Of a stretch of DNA of 64,000 nucleotides, positions 9,250 to 19,500 are shown piece after piece. The notes below the pieces were generated by a model. That model did not search any database, was not told the DNA's origin, and saw only the letters and a list, made by a program, of their open reading frames with translations. The first letter of the stretch is position 1, and the number at the start of each line of letters is the position of its first letter. The position numbers and the translations under genes were made by a program. The stretch is from a virus. Lineage: Duplodnaviria; Caudoviricetes. Location: IMG/VR virus record IMGVR_UViG_3300033120_000761, positions 1 to 64,000 of that record. One strand, given 5' to 3'.

Positions 9250-9333
9250 TGGTGCTCGATAAAGGACTCGAACCTTTACACCTTACGGCCTCAGATTCTA
9301 AGTCTGAGTTGTCTACCATTCCAGCAATCGAGC
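9250..9333 (-). tRNA. tRNA-Leu(UAG)
   Basis: UCAGA-CUUAGAA-UCUGA; long variable arm; ACCA end. Confidence 0.94.
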
Positions 9334-9355
9334 AAAATTTTAAAGATCATAAAAA

Positions 9356-9431
9356 TGGTCAGAGCGGTGGGGATCGAACCCACGACCTCAAGAATCCAAG
9401 TCTTGCCATCTACCGCTGATTTTACGCCCTG
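9356..9431 (-). tRNA. tRNA-Pro(UGG)
   Basis: CAAGA-CUUGGAU-UCUUG; C1-G72; ACCA end. Confidence 0.93.
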
Positions 9432-9533
9432 ACAAAAAACGTTACGAAAATCCAGTAACACTTAGTAACGTTACGAGATTTCATAACAACTGCTAACATC
9501 GTACCTTTTTACTCCACTAGTTCTATCTAGTGG

Positions 9534-9610
9534 TGGTGGAATCGACAGGACTTGAACCTGCAACCCTCTGCGTGCAAGGCAGATGCTCTACCAATTGTAG
9601 CTACGACCCC
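9534..9610 (-). tRNA. tRNA-Ala(UGC)
   Basis: UCUGC-CUUGCAC-GCAGA; G3-U70 Ala identity pair; ACCA end. Confidence 0.96.
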
Positions 9611-9617
9611 ATAAACG

Positions 9618-9647
9618 AAAAAAGCCCGGGAGATTAATCCTGGGCTT
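9618..9647 (-). terminator. Intrinsic terminator (attenuator) 7 nt upstream of the first tRNA
   Basis: AAGCCC-A-GGA/UUAAUC/UCC-C-GGGCUU hairpin ending in a U6 tract on the minus strand. Confidence 0.85.
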
Positions 9648-9679
9648 CATATTTAGTTTCTTAATTTTGTATTTCTACT

Positions 9680-9760
9680 TTAAGCGCCTAATATAAATCC
9701 CACGATGATCATCTGATCATTCATCTGTGCGGGGATAATATTGGCTGTTAGCTTTTTCAT
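9680..9760 (-). CDS. Putative attenuator leader peptide MKKLTANIIPAQMNDQMIIVGFILGA (26 aa; not in the ORF track)
   Basis: ATG at 9760, TAA at 9682-9680; lies between the promoter and the terminator; its last codons can pair with the terminator 5' arm. Confidence 0.75.
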   Translation of the reverse strand: MKKLTANIIPAQMNDQMIIVGFILGA

Positions 9761-9768
9761 ATTTGGAA

Positions 9769-9797
9769 AGGATAGTTGATCTTTTTTATTATTGCAA
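9769..9797 (-). promoter_or_regulatory. Sigma70-type promoter of the tRNA array
   Basis: TTGCAA-N17-TATCCT; the -10 box ends 8 nt before the leader ATG, implying a leaderless or near-leaderless mRNA. Confidence 0.75.
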
Positions 9798-10045
9798 GTG
9801 GGTTTGCGCTTTTTCTAATATTATCCAAAAGCCTCGGTGGAAAAACCTGAGTCCACTAATCGTGGGGTTTTAACCTTCGACCATTTACCGTTGTGATAAT
9901 TATCTCTACTGTTCGTAGAGCAATTCTAACAACTTGACTATAAAACAGTCAAAATTTTGGATATAGGAGAGTATCTGAATGTAGAAATCATTATTTCTGA
10001 GACTCCGTCTCTTTATTTTTGATTGAAATTAATTGCCTTAATGTG

Positions 10046-10074
10046 TTGATGAAATTTAAAATAGTGGATACGAT
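10046..10074 (+). promoter_or_regulatory. Putative sigma70-type promoter for the plus-strand region
   Basis: TTGATG-N17-TACGAT upstream of the first plus-strand gene. Confidence 0.5.
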
Positions 10075-10141
10075 TTTTTGAGAATTAGAGAGAAGCTACC
10101 TACGAAAGTTCCTTCTCTCTAAAAAATAGAGAATATTCACA

Positions 10142-11332
10142 ATGAAAGATTACCAAGATTCAAAATCAAAAACAATTAAAAAGCTTATTAAAAGTAGTCT
10201 TTTTTTTGAAATTCCTTTGGTTAAAGAAAACTCTGATCAATTCATTTCCTTCTGCTCTGCTAAGAACCTAAAAACACTAAGACCATTTCTTAAGACCGTT
10301 AAACAACCAGAAGATCTTCCTCTTCCAAAACTTAAAAAACTATTCTTTGTTTTCTTAATCGCTAAGAAACCAGAGCTTTTTATTACCAAGTGGCAGCTAT
10401 GTTCTACTTTTTATGGAAAACAATTAGAGGTAAACTCTGCGACTGTTATCAATTGGCTTAAGGAATTAATGAAATTAGAGTGGCTAAAATGCACTTCAAA
10501 AGCCTTTTATGAGGGATCTCAATCAAGAAGTTATACGATTGAGAAGACCGATAAGAACCAATCTTTCACCGACATGATCAATGACTTCAATGGATTTAAG
10601 AAGAAATATCCAGGAGTAAAAAAGAACGAAACCGTTATTAAGATCAGAAAAGAAAGAATCAAAAAATTCCCATTTACCTCTTATCGTGTTGAAAATTGCT
10701 GTTATCTAGCTCAATCATATCTAGATAAACCGGAAGAATACCTAAAGCTTTTTATGCAAAAACGTTTTGATTTCTTTAATTTTTCTCCAAGAACTCAAAA
10801 TCCATCTGAGATAAATCTAAAATCTGCTGTGATAGCCTTCAATTATGTAATGAAAAGAAATAATAGAAAGAGTAGAATTAACAATAAGCTTTTAGAATCT
10901 ATGGGAATTTTTGATCTAAAATCATTTATTGGCGAACATAGAAAAGCATCAAAACTAGAAAAGAAAAGGCTGGTCCAAGTAAAGAATCATGCCATGATCA
11001 CCGTTCAATTAGCCCCAGGACTCAAGAAAACTCGTCAGGCCATCCAAGATATTGCAACTGTCGACTTAGCCTTTACGGGTGGTTTTGATTTTGAACTAGG
11101 TAAGGTCCGTCATAGAAAAATAGAAATTAGTTCAAATAACTATGCCCTTATGGTGGCCGGAAAACTTCTAACGATGCGAGTACCAAAAGAAGTCTACTCG
11201 AGCACTGCGAAAAACCTTATTCATGAATTACCGGATAAGATTTCATTAAATCCAGCGAATATGAAAAAACTCCAATCCCTAAAACCATATTACTCAACTT
11301 ACAGAGCGAGAACGCGAACTCTCTCAGCTTAG
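10142..11332 (+). CDS. Basic protein with a winged-helix-like segment (possible replication/origin-binding protein)
   Basis: FYGKQLEVNSATVINWLKELMKLEWLKCTSKAFYEGSQSRSYTI resembles an HTH plus wing; first gene after the strand switch. Confidence 0.5.
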   Translation: MKDYQDSKSKTIKKLIKSSLFFEIPLVKENSDQFISFCSAKNLKTLRPFLKTVKQPEDLPLPKLKKLFFVFLIAKKPELFITKWQLCSTFYGKQLEVNSATVINWLKELMKLEWLKCTSKAFYEGSQSRSYTIEKTDKNQSFTDMINDFNGFKKKYPGVKKNETVIKIRKERIKKFPFTSYRVENCCYLAQSYLDKPEEYLKLFMQKRFDFFNFSPRTQNPSEINLKSAVIAFNYVMKRNNRKSRINNKLLESMGIFDLKSFIGEHRKASKLEKKRLVQVKNHAMITVQLAPGLKKTRQAIQDIATVDLAFTGGFDFELGKVRHRKIEISSNNYALMVAGKLLTMRVPKEVYSSTAKNLIHELPDKISLNPANMKKLQSLKPYYSTYRARTRTLSA

Positions 11333-12548
11333 GTTCTCTTTACAGATCGTGACACAATCCTTAAACTTTCTGGATGAGTAAGAAAAAGAATGAAGATCTC
11401 CCATTTGCGGATTATCAGGATCAGTTTGGTAAAATGTATCACCTGACCCTGTATGTAAAAAACGCGCCTGAGCAATTAAGATTTGTTCATTATTCTAATC
11501 AAAGATACACAACTTATAATGGCTATCCGATATTTTATTCAGAGAATAAAGAGTTTTGTATGGCCCTAGATTATACGATTGTTTTCCCTAAAATTTACGT
11601 TAGAAGATACCGCCCGATTTCTGAAATCATGCAAAAGTCTCTGCAGACTGCTTTTTTCCATTGAGATAATTATGGCCAAGAGAGAAATATTAGGGGTTTT
11701 CAAGAGCGCAATCGAAAATATCGCCGATTGCTCAACTCCAATTCAGCTCAGAGGCTATTTTAACAAGTATCGTGGGAGAGTCCTGCACTCAGATATTAAA
11801 GAAGAGTTTTATGATCGAATCGAGTTTTTTAGACAAAAATTTGAGGGTGATCGATTCTATGTGAAGCAATTGGATGCCTTGGCAGATGATATCGAGTTCG
11901 ATACTTTATCAGGCCCTAAATACATTAACATAGCAAAACATGACCTTATAGACATCTCAGCTTTTGATGCTTTATCAAGCGATATACGCCCATTAGAAGA
12001 GAGTTTATTAAGGGAGCTTTTCACCATTACCAATGGGCTAAAATCCGAGGTAATCAAGGTTTTAAAGACTAATTCGATTGTCATGACTCGAAAGATTGAA
12101 ATCTATAAATTGGCGAAATTCATTAGCCAGCTCAGAAGAGAACATCGTATGGGTACCAACTTTTCAACCCAGTTTACCGACACCTAATCCCATTTTTGTG
12201 TTTTTTGAATTTAACGCTACTATTAAAGAATGAAAAAATTCTTGATGGCCTGCTATTTGATAGTGATCATCGACCCGTATAGAGGACTCAGATATGATGA
12301 GGTCCAGTCCTTTTATTATGAGAAAAGTTATCGAGAGCTCACTATTACAGAAATTTCTAATCAAGATGATTATCCTACCGAGGACTATGTTAAATTGCAG
12401 TTCAAGGAAGCAATGGAATCAAAGTTTGCAAAGTATCGAGAAGACGATGAGGATGACTCACTAGACAGTGATGAGGATTTTGAGTAGAATAAAGGCTCAC
12501 GATTAAATTTGGGAATAATCATCCATTCACACTAACCAAGGAAAAAGC

Positions 12549-12896
12549 ATGGAAACAGCGGTTACAAAACTCTACGGAATCAAAGAAACATCAGAAGTTC
12601 TAGTTTTTGCATTCAAATTCGGATCTGTTGTTAAAGAAGCAAAAGAAAATGATGGAAAATTCTCGTACTTCGACCTTATCCTTTTATCAAAAGTTGCGCC
12701 TTCATTCGTAGCGGCTATGGATAATGTTGATGATGTAATTAAAGAAATGAAAGATATTGATGGTGAAGAGCTAAATCAATTGGCTTCAATCGTTGGTGCA
12801 AATATCAGTATTCTTGGAAAAGAAAAACTTGTATCTCAAGTTATTGCTGGTCTGAACATGATCAAGGGAATCCACGCTTTCGTAGAAACTCTATAA
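12549..12896 (+). CDS. Hypothetical protein, 115 aa
   Basis: AAGGA SD upstream; followed by a terminator. Confidence 0.7.
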   Translation: METAVTKLYGIKETSEVLVFAFKFGSVVKEAKENDGKFSYFDLILLSKVAPSFVAAMDNVDDVIKEMKDIDGEELNQLASIVGANISILGKEKLVSQVIAGLNMIKGIHAFVETL

Positions 12897-12920
12897 GAAG
12901 AAAGAAAATTTAGAATATAA

Positions 12921-12944
12921 AAGGGGCTTAACGGCCCCTTTTTT
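12921..12944 (+). terminator. Intrinsic terminator
   Basis: AAGGGGCT-TAAC-GGCCCCTT followed by a T tract. Confidence 0.85.
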
Positions 12945-12960
12945 GTATCAGGACTCATAA

Positions 12961-13104
12961 ATGAATAAAAAACTACTTTGGATATTTCTAGGGGCAGGAC
13001 TCGCAGCTGGAAGTTATTTTCTAGTAATGAAAGTTCCAGGAATGGGACTAAACTTCATCGTCGATAAAATCAACAAGGTAATCGACATCATCTACGGGAG
13101 ATAA
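12961..13104 (+). CDS. Small membrane protein, 47 aa (not in the ORF track)
   Basis: MNKKLLWIFLGAGLAAGSYFLVMKVPG...: one hydrophobic helix; CAGGA upstream. Confidence 0.55.
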   Translation: MNKKLLWIFLGAGLAAGSYFLVMKVPGMGLNFIVDKINKVIDIIYGR

Positions 13105-13345
13105 TTTATGGCGTGGTTAGCATCACTCAAAGTCGTGGTCGAGACTCTAAAAATGATCAATGAGCTTTATAAGCAGTTTCTGGCATGGAAGGATAAACTC
13201 ATGCAAAAGAAGTCTGACGAGATTAAAGAACAAAATACTGAGAGTGCCAATAATACTCAAATTGAGATAGCAAAACCTATGTCTGAACAAGATAATGATG
13301 TTCTAAGAGATGAGCTTAGAAAAAAACACAATAGGGGATAATGTC

Positions 13346-13783
13346 ATGAAAAAGTATCTAAAACTCTCTTCTTTTCTACTCCTGGCCACTTTATTAATGA
13401 GCGCGAGATGTGATCAAGCCGATAAGTATGCAGCTCCTTTAGCAGAGGATTGCAGTGTAATAACAACATGGGATCCGGAAATCTTATTAGATAAGGGATC
13501 TTGTTTTTGTATCGATGAGAAAATCACAAAAGATAACTTCGATACTCTTCTAACAAATAGAGTAACTAAAGCGTTTAACGGGCATCCGATGAAACAATTC
13601 GCGCTTGATTACTTAACTGACAATAAAGAGAAGATTATCTCAAAGAAAGAATACGAGATCCCATATCTTGCTTATTGCAGAGGTTATTCAGCTACAAATC
13701 CTTTAGATAAAGCAAAGTTGGAAAATTGGGCCGAAACTAACAGAGTTGAAAGAATCAGAGCAGAAAGCAAAGCAAAAAAATAA
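13346..13783 (+). CDS. Putative lipoprotein (possible spanin-like or envelope protein)
   Basis: From the internal ATG: MKKYLKLSSFLLLATLLMSARC, a signal peptide ending in Cys; follows small membrane and coiled ORFs. Confidence 0.45.
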   Translation: MKKYLKLSSFLLLATLLMSARCDQADKYAAPLAEDCSVITTWDPEILLDKGSCFCIDEKITKDNFDTLLTNRVTKAFNGHPMKQFALDYLTDNKEKIISKKEYEIPYLAYCRGYSATNPLDKAKLENWAETNRVERIRAESKAKK

Positions 13784-14354
13784 CTTATAAAAAACACTTG
13801 TTAATCCATTTTCCGTTTTATAGCATAAGGACTCAAATCGAGTCCTTTTTTATTTTACAGGAGAGTCTAATGGATAAATCATCTTTTCACGAACATCTAG
13901 GCAAAAAAATCATTCACACAGATCCTACTTCAGGACATTCTTTCAACGGTACTTTGGTTGAGATCGCAAAAGATATAAAAACTGGCGAAAATCTAGATCA
14001 GGGAGTTATGAAAGAAACTGCTTCTCCGTCTACTTATATCGTATCGTCAGAAACGTGCGAATCAGATGAGCCAGTTCAGTCAGAACAAATCCAGCCAGCA
14101 GGAGTTAATTTAACTGATTTAAAACCTGGAGAGGAGCCGGATATTAAGTTCACGGTTGCAGGAAGAGTTCGCTTAAGAGTCACAGAAACTGAGTTTTTTA
14201 TAGATGAAGTTAAAACAGCAGATGATCAAGAAATTTATCATGCTATCAGAGCTGCTTTCAATCTTCCTGATCTAAGAAAGCCAGAAGTAGATCCTAATCA
14301 ACAAACATTAACTGAGCCTACAAATGATGGCTCACCAGCAGGGGATAATCACTA

Positions 14355-14765
14355 ATGGCCTTAAAAACCTTAAAAAACGTTCATTCTATCGGCGGATTCA
14401 CGGTAGTTAATATGGAAGAGCTAAAAAGAGATCATCCAGAACAATTCAATAAAGAATCTGGTCAAATGAACTACGCTTGGTATGAAAAAGAGATTAGACC
14501 CTCTAATTTCATCACGATTAGAGATGATGTTAATTCATTAACTTTTACGCTCCAAAACGGCCCTGTGAAAGAAAAAGGGATTAATGGATGCCAAGTTGTG
14601 ACTATGTTAGAAACTGCTCAATTGATCATTGAAAGATTAAATGCAGAGTTTCCATCGGATTATAACGTAAATACATTATCTGCTCTAAAATCAGCGATTC
14701 ACTGGCAACACCAGAGAACTATCGATCGTGAGAAAAGGGGAGTAGAGGGGAAGAGTTTAGCATGA
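14355..14765 (+). CDS. Tad1-like cyclic-nucleotide sponge (anti-Thoeris/anti-CBASS family) with N-terminal extension
   Basis: LQNGPVKEKGINGCQVVTMLE...FPSDYN...L..AIHW..RT.DRE.RGVEG follows the Tad1 pattern (Q.G..KE...G...LLE...F.S..N...A..W..R..DR..R.V.G). Confidence 0.75.
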   Translation: MALKTLKNVHSIGGFTVVNMEELKRDHPEQFNKESGQMNYAWYEKEIRPSNFITIRDDVNSLTFTLQNGPVKEKGINGCQVVTMLETAQLIIERLNAEFPSDYNVNTLSALKSAIHWQHQRTIDREKRGVEGKSLA

Positions 14766-15138
14766 ATGTAGTAATTACAATTCTTCTCGTTATGTTTCAT
14801 CTTTATAATAGAAATTATATGACTGCAAAAATAGCATTGGTTGCAATCATCGTAGCGATTATTCTAAATATGTTGCTGAAAGTGATGGCAGATGCAAACC
14901 CGAACAAAGAAATGATCAAATATGCCAAAAGTAGAGGCAGAGAAGCTGATCATCTAGAGACAAGACCAGAACATTATACTGGAATTGCAGCTGGAGCATT
15001 AGTCTTTGTTTTTTGGTTCGCAACAATAGTTTTGGCATTTCAGGTAATTTTTTAAAGTATATCAGTGATGTAGTTTTCTGCGCTAAACAGTTCAAAAACT
15101 ACATCATTCGTATATAAAACAGCATAAAAGGGTAATAA

Positions 15139-15501
15139 ATGAGATTAACTAATAAGGCCCAAATTGGGATAGCAGTTGTAAAATATTGCGGGGAACACCC
15201 AAACGTAGTTTTTAATACAAAAACTCTAGCAGAAGAAATTGGAGCAAGTCCTGAATTTGTAGGTGGGATTTTATCTAAATTAAAAAATAGCTCAATTCTT
15301 GAATCAACAAAAGGTCCAGGAGGGGGATATAGATTAATGGTCCCTTACTCAAATATCCAAATTATCGATATTTTGACAGCATTGGATGAAAAGCTAGAAA
15401 ACAGATATTTGCCCTCAAAATACTTCAGTGAGAGCATGGCAAGAACTATTGATAATATCATAAGTGAAGCATTAACCTTAGAAGTGAAGCGTTTAATATG
15501 A
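15139..15501 (+). CDS. Rrf2-family winged-helix transcription regulator
   Basis: LAEEIGASPEFVGGILSKLKNSSILESTKGPGGGYRL; lacks the IscR Cys ligands. Confidence 0.88.
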   Translation: MRLTNKAQIGIAVVKYCGEHPNVVFNTKTLAEEIGASPEFVGGILSKLKNSSILESTKGPGGGYRLMVPYSNIQIIDILTALDEKLENRYLPSKYFSESMARTIDNIISEALTLEVKRLI

Positions 15502-15921
15502 TGGATCCATTTTTTCTATTATTTATAGCTTTTGTCCTTTTATGGTGGAAGGTAGAAGAATCGAGTCCAGAAAAGGTAGAAAAACTGGATAAATTCGCAA
15601 GGGAGAATATAAAGATTATCTTCGATAATACCAAGCTTCTCCAACAGCAAAATAATGCCCAGGATGAGCACCACAACCATTTAAGGCAAATAGTCCAGAA
15701 TATCAAAGACGAAGATGTAAAGATTCTAGATCTGATCAGACAAATAGGGGAAGAATTAGCGATAACGGATAAGAGATCAAAAACCGCTTTTATGGCCGAT
15801 TTAAAGATGATCCACTACTTTCTGACTACATTAGAGCAGACAGGCTCAGTGAAGCTTCCGGAGCCAAAGGAAGATCGCATGAGGACTATTCTAAGCGTTT
15901 ATTTAACGATTAATCCAGATG

Positions 15922-16512
15922 CTAAAGGGATTTTAGATATCGTAGAATCAAAGAGCGCAGAAGAGAGTTCAAAGTAGAGCCTTTGGTAGAACAATGTGAA
16001 AAAAGCTTCAAAATCATCTTATGGGGTAATTTTATAGAAACAAATCTAGGAATTATCTCATCTATAAAGTCTGCTCCATAATATTCCATTCCAGCATCCA
16101 TTCCTCGATTAGCGATAAAATCACGATAATTCATGGCCTCCAAACGATCGGAGAAGTAAGCAAGAATTTGTGTCTCAAACTCTCCAAGCCCATATTCTTT
16201 AAAATCTTTTGAGAGAATGGGATCAAAACGTTCAAAAATCTTGGTATCAAAACCTTCGGAATTAAGATCCCGAACATCAAAAATCCCGATATAGAAGCGA
16301 TTATTTATCTTACAGCGAACCTTTATAACCCCGACTCTATTACGGGTGAACATAAAAGAAGCTCTATCAATCTTCTTTCCAAGACTATCTTTTCTGCCAT
16401 GAGAATCAGTTCCACTCTCGCAGACCATTAGTTCCTTTAATCTAAAGGGATTCACACGACAATTAATAGTAGATCGGAGTAGTTCACCAGATTTAGAGGA
16501 TTCTATCTTCAT
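15922..16512 (-). CDS. GIY-YIG-like protein with C-terminal ribbon-helix-helix-like segment
   Basis: GVIKVRCKINNRFYIG and DFKEYGLGEFETQIL (GIY-YIG pattern); C-terminal FVSIKLP...LNSLLRSLI. Start placed at MKIESS rather than the track start. Confidence 0.55.
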   Translation of the reverse strand: MKIESSKSGELLRSTINCRVNPFRLKELMVCESGTDSHGRKDSLGKKIDRASFMFTRNRVGVIKVRCKINNRFYIGIFDVRDLNSEGFDTKIFERFDPILSKDFKEYGLGEFETQILAYFSDRLEAMNYRDFIANRGMDAGMEYYGADFIDEIIPRFVSIKLPHKMILKLFSHCSTKGSTLNSLLRSLILRYLKSL

Positions 16513-19500
16513 ATCTAATAAATATACCAAAAAACACATCAAGTCTTTCAAAATATTAAGGAAACAAACCACGCAATACAAAACGCAATACAAAATCGAG
16601 AAATAGGGTAAAAATGCCTTCTCAGACCTATTTGATTGCGGTAGATTTTTTATATTAATTGAATTGGAAATGGGGTTGGCAGTATGGCTAAAGCATCTAA
16701 TAAGTTTACTTTAAAAGTCCTGATGGATAAGTGGAAATCTTTTACATCTAAAAAAGCTACATTCAACTTCGGTGATGAGCATCCAGTTGTTTTGGAATTT
16801 GAAGGACTTTGTCATTACGACCAAGTTTATCAGCACGGGGATATTTATTGTCCTCAATGTGGTGAGCAGTCAGTTTGGTTTGATAAAGAATGCGAGGATA
16901 ATCAGAATCTTTGTGTTTCTTGTAACCATTACTTTGATCTAGATCGATTGATGAAAATGGAGCCAGCTAGGCTTCATGTCGCTTATCAGATCGTATCAGG
17001 TCTTACCATCGATCCCTCAACTCCCACTAAAAAAGAATATGATAAAAAGCTTCATAAAAAGGAAAAACATGAGCACAAGTAATAAAGTGATCGTCTTGGT
17101 CATTATCGTTCTATCGTTTATTTTTGGAAGATTTACAGCAAAGGTATCCGATACCGATGTGATCAACCAAATTAAGTCAAAAGGGAAGATCTGCGGAACC
17201 GTTTATATCGATCCGGGACCAGTTCAAAAATGCTATGGGTTAATCGAGCAGGAAGTTATTCAATGATCAAGCCTACTAGATTTTTCGTAACTGATGAAAC
17301 ATTAGCCAGGATAGCCGGAGCTTTTGAGCCTTCGTTAGGCCCTACGTTATCTAAAGAAAGAGATGAGGATTATCGTCATGAGGTTTCTGTTTGCTATCAG
17401 ACAGAATCAATCGAAGAACTCTCAGAAGACTATCAAAAAGCAATCAAAACAAATGGGCCATTAAAATGAGAAAATTCGATTTATTCAATTGTGGCTTTTT
17501 CCTAACTATAACGATCATTCTTGGCGCATATTCTATTCTCGCCATGAGTAGGGGTGATCTGACTTTTGCGGGTTTATTCTTCTTAAGTTCTATCTTCTCG
17601 GGAGCATCCACAGCCCAATTTCTCATGACTGCCATTATCGCAAGAATGGATGAGAGATCAAAGCCTGAACCTGATCCAACTTATAATGACGATATCTTAT
17701 ACGAACATCAACTGAGGTAATTATGTTACAAGGATCTAAATTTTATCTGATCTATCAAGACAATCAAATGAGCCAACAAACTGAAGGTTTTGAGGCCTAT
17801 GAAGCATTGGGTGTCAGAGCAAGGGAATTGCTTGATAGAGGCGTTCTAATCGCTGAGAGCTGCAAACATACAACTATCTTTGGAAGAGTGATCACGGGGC
17901 TTTTTGATTACTATTCTTTTAAGAAAGATTATGAAGAGCAACAAGTTAAAGATGGGATCTATCTAAATAACGGTGGATTGAGAAATGTTGTCTATAAAGA
18001 AGACGGCACGATTCATATCTCTCAATTTGGTTATAAGAATAAAGCTCACTTCGAACTCATGACTAAAGATAAAGAGTTTTTGGGATTCATTACTGAACCA
18101 TACGGAGATCTTCAAAAGTGAGACTATTAAAGAAGTTCATCCATCTGCCACTATTCATTCCTCTAATCTTCTTAATGATCATTCCAGCATTAAATAATCT
18201 ATTTGAGTGGCTTGCAAAACATCAGAAGAATTTTGGGAATAAAGGGTGGTTGTTAAAGTTCTTCCTTTATCTAGATAAAGTCTATGAGCCAGCAGATCTA
18301 AAAGAACAACAAGCAGAACATTTTAGGGCCAGCATGGAAAGAAGAATGAGTCAGGTCCAGTGGGTTGATAAAGACGGTAAAGCAACCGATAGCCCATATA
18401 AAAAGAAATAAGCCATGAATGAAATATTTGATAAGAAATGGATCTCCATCGTAGGAGAAGATTATAAACCAAAGCCAGGAGAGTTTTTCGTGAATAAAGA
18501 AAATGAAGTGATTTCCGGAGTAATTGAAGAATCAAGTGAACGGGATATCGATGAAGTATTATCGGATATGCCCACAAGATCAGAACGAGATATTGATGGC
18601 ATTACAGCGGGTGAATTAATCGCATTATTGCAGAAATATCCAGCTGAAACCCCTGTTCAAGTCTCAGAGATAAATTGGTCGGGAGCCACAGATCTCACGG
18701 GAGTCCTAGATAATAAGGACTATGGGAATGATAACGATCTGATTATTTTAGAGTTTAACCAAGCAAAATATCATAACTAAAAGAATAGGTATTTTGAGTC
18801 TTTTTTGATAAAAAATACCTATTAAAATATGCAAAGGAATTGGAAATGGAAACGAAACAGGTCACACCCCGACAAGCAGTTTATATCGAAACAAATGCTG
18901 CCAGAGCAACCGCTAAACTTAAATCCATAAAAGGCAAGGCCAGTAAGAACGTTCACAGCAAGGCCATTAAAGTAGAGCGATCTGTCGTATCTTCTAAGAG
19001 CGATAGAATAAGAATTTCGGAACATGAGTATTTTTCTAAAGAACACTTCTCCAAGATTAATCCGGATCTAAGATTTATGGGCTGGTTTTTAAAAGACTAA
19101 TAAAGGAAATAAAATGGTATCAAGAAAAATCCCTAAGAGAAAAACTATTAATACTGATTTAGAAGTCGGAGTCATGTGGCATGGACATGGTTACAGCAAG
19201 GTCGCCATTTATTTGAGCACAGAAGAGTCTAGCGATCTAGATATCGGAACTCATGAAGTAGAGGTAGAACAAGACGATGATGGATTCGATATCGAACATG
19301 AAAGAGCAGATGTAAATTTAGCCATTGATGATGCCATCGATAATCTAAGCTTAATGATCGCAAGATTACAAAAGCTAAGAAAGTTAAAAGATAATGATAG
19401 AGATTATGTATTAGAAAAAGTAAACGCTCTCAGAACTTTCTCAACGGGCATCACTACAAAGGCCAAGAATAAATGAAACCCGAATATAATGAAGTAGCCG

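Noticed and set aside
9610-9800. T-box riboswitch as the explanation for the terminator before the tRNAs
   Set aside because: No T-box consensus (GGTGG-ACCGCG-like bulge) or Stem I AG/GNUG motifs, and the leader is only about 150 nt; the ORF plus antiterminator fits better.
13108-13341. MAWLASLKVVVE as a ninth copy of the N-terminal tag
   Set aside because: Only loosely similar, 43 kb from the tagged cluster and in a membrane-protein context; probably chance.
12549-13783. Definite holin/spanin lysis cassette
   Set aside because: Only generic hydrophobic and lipoprotein signals, and no endolysin adjacent; kept as low-confidence CDS calls.
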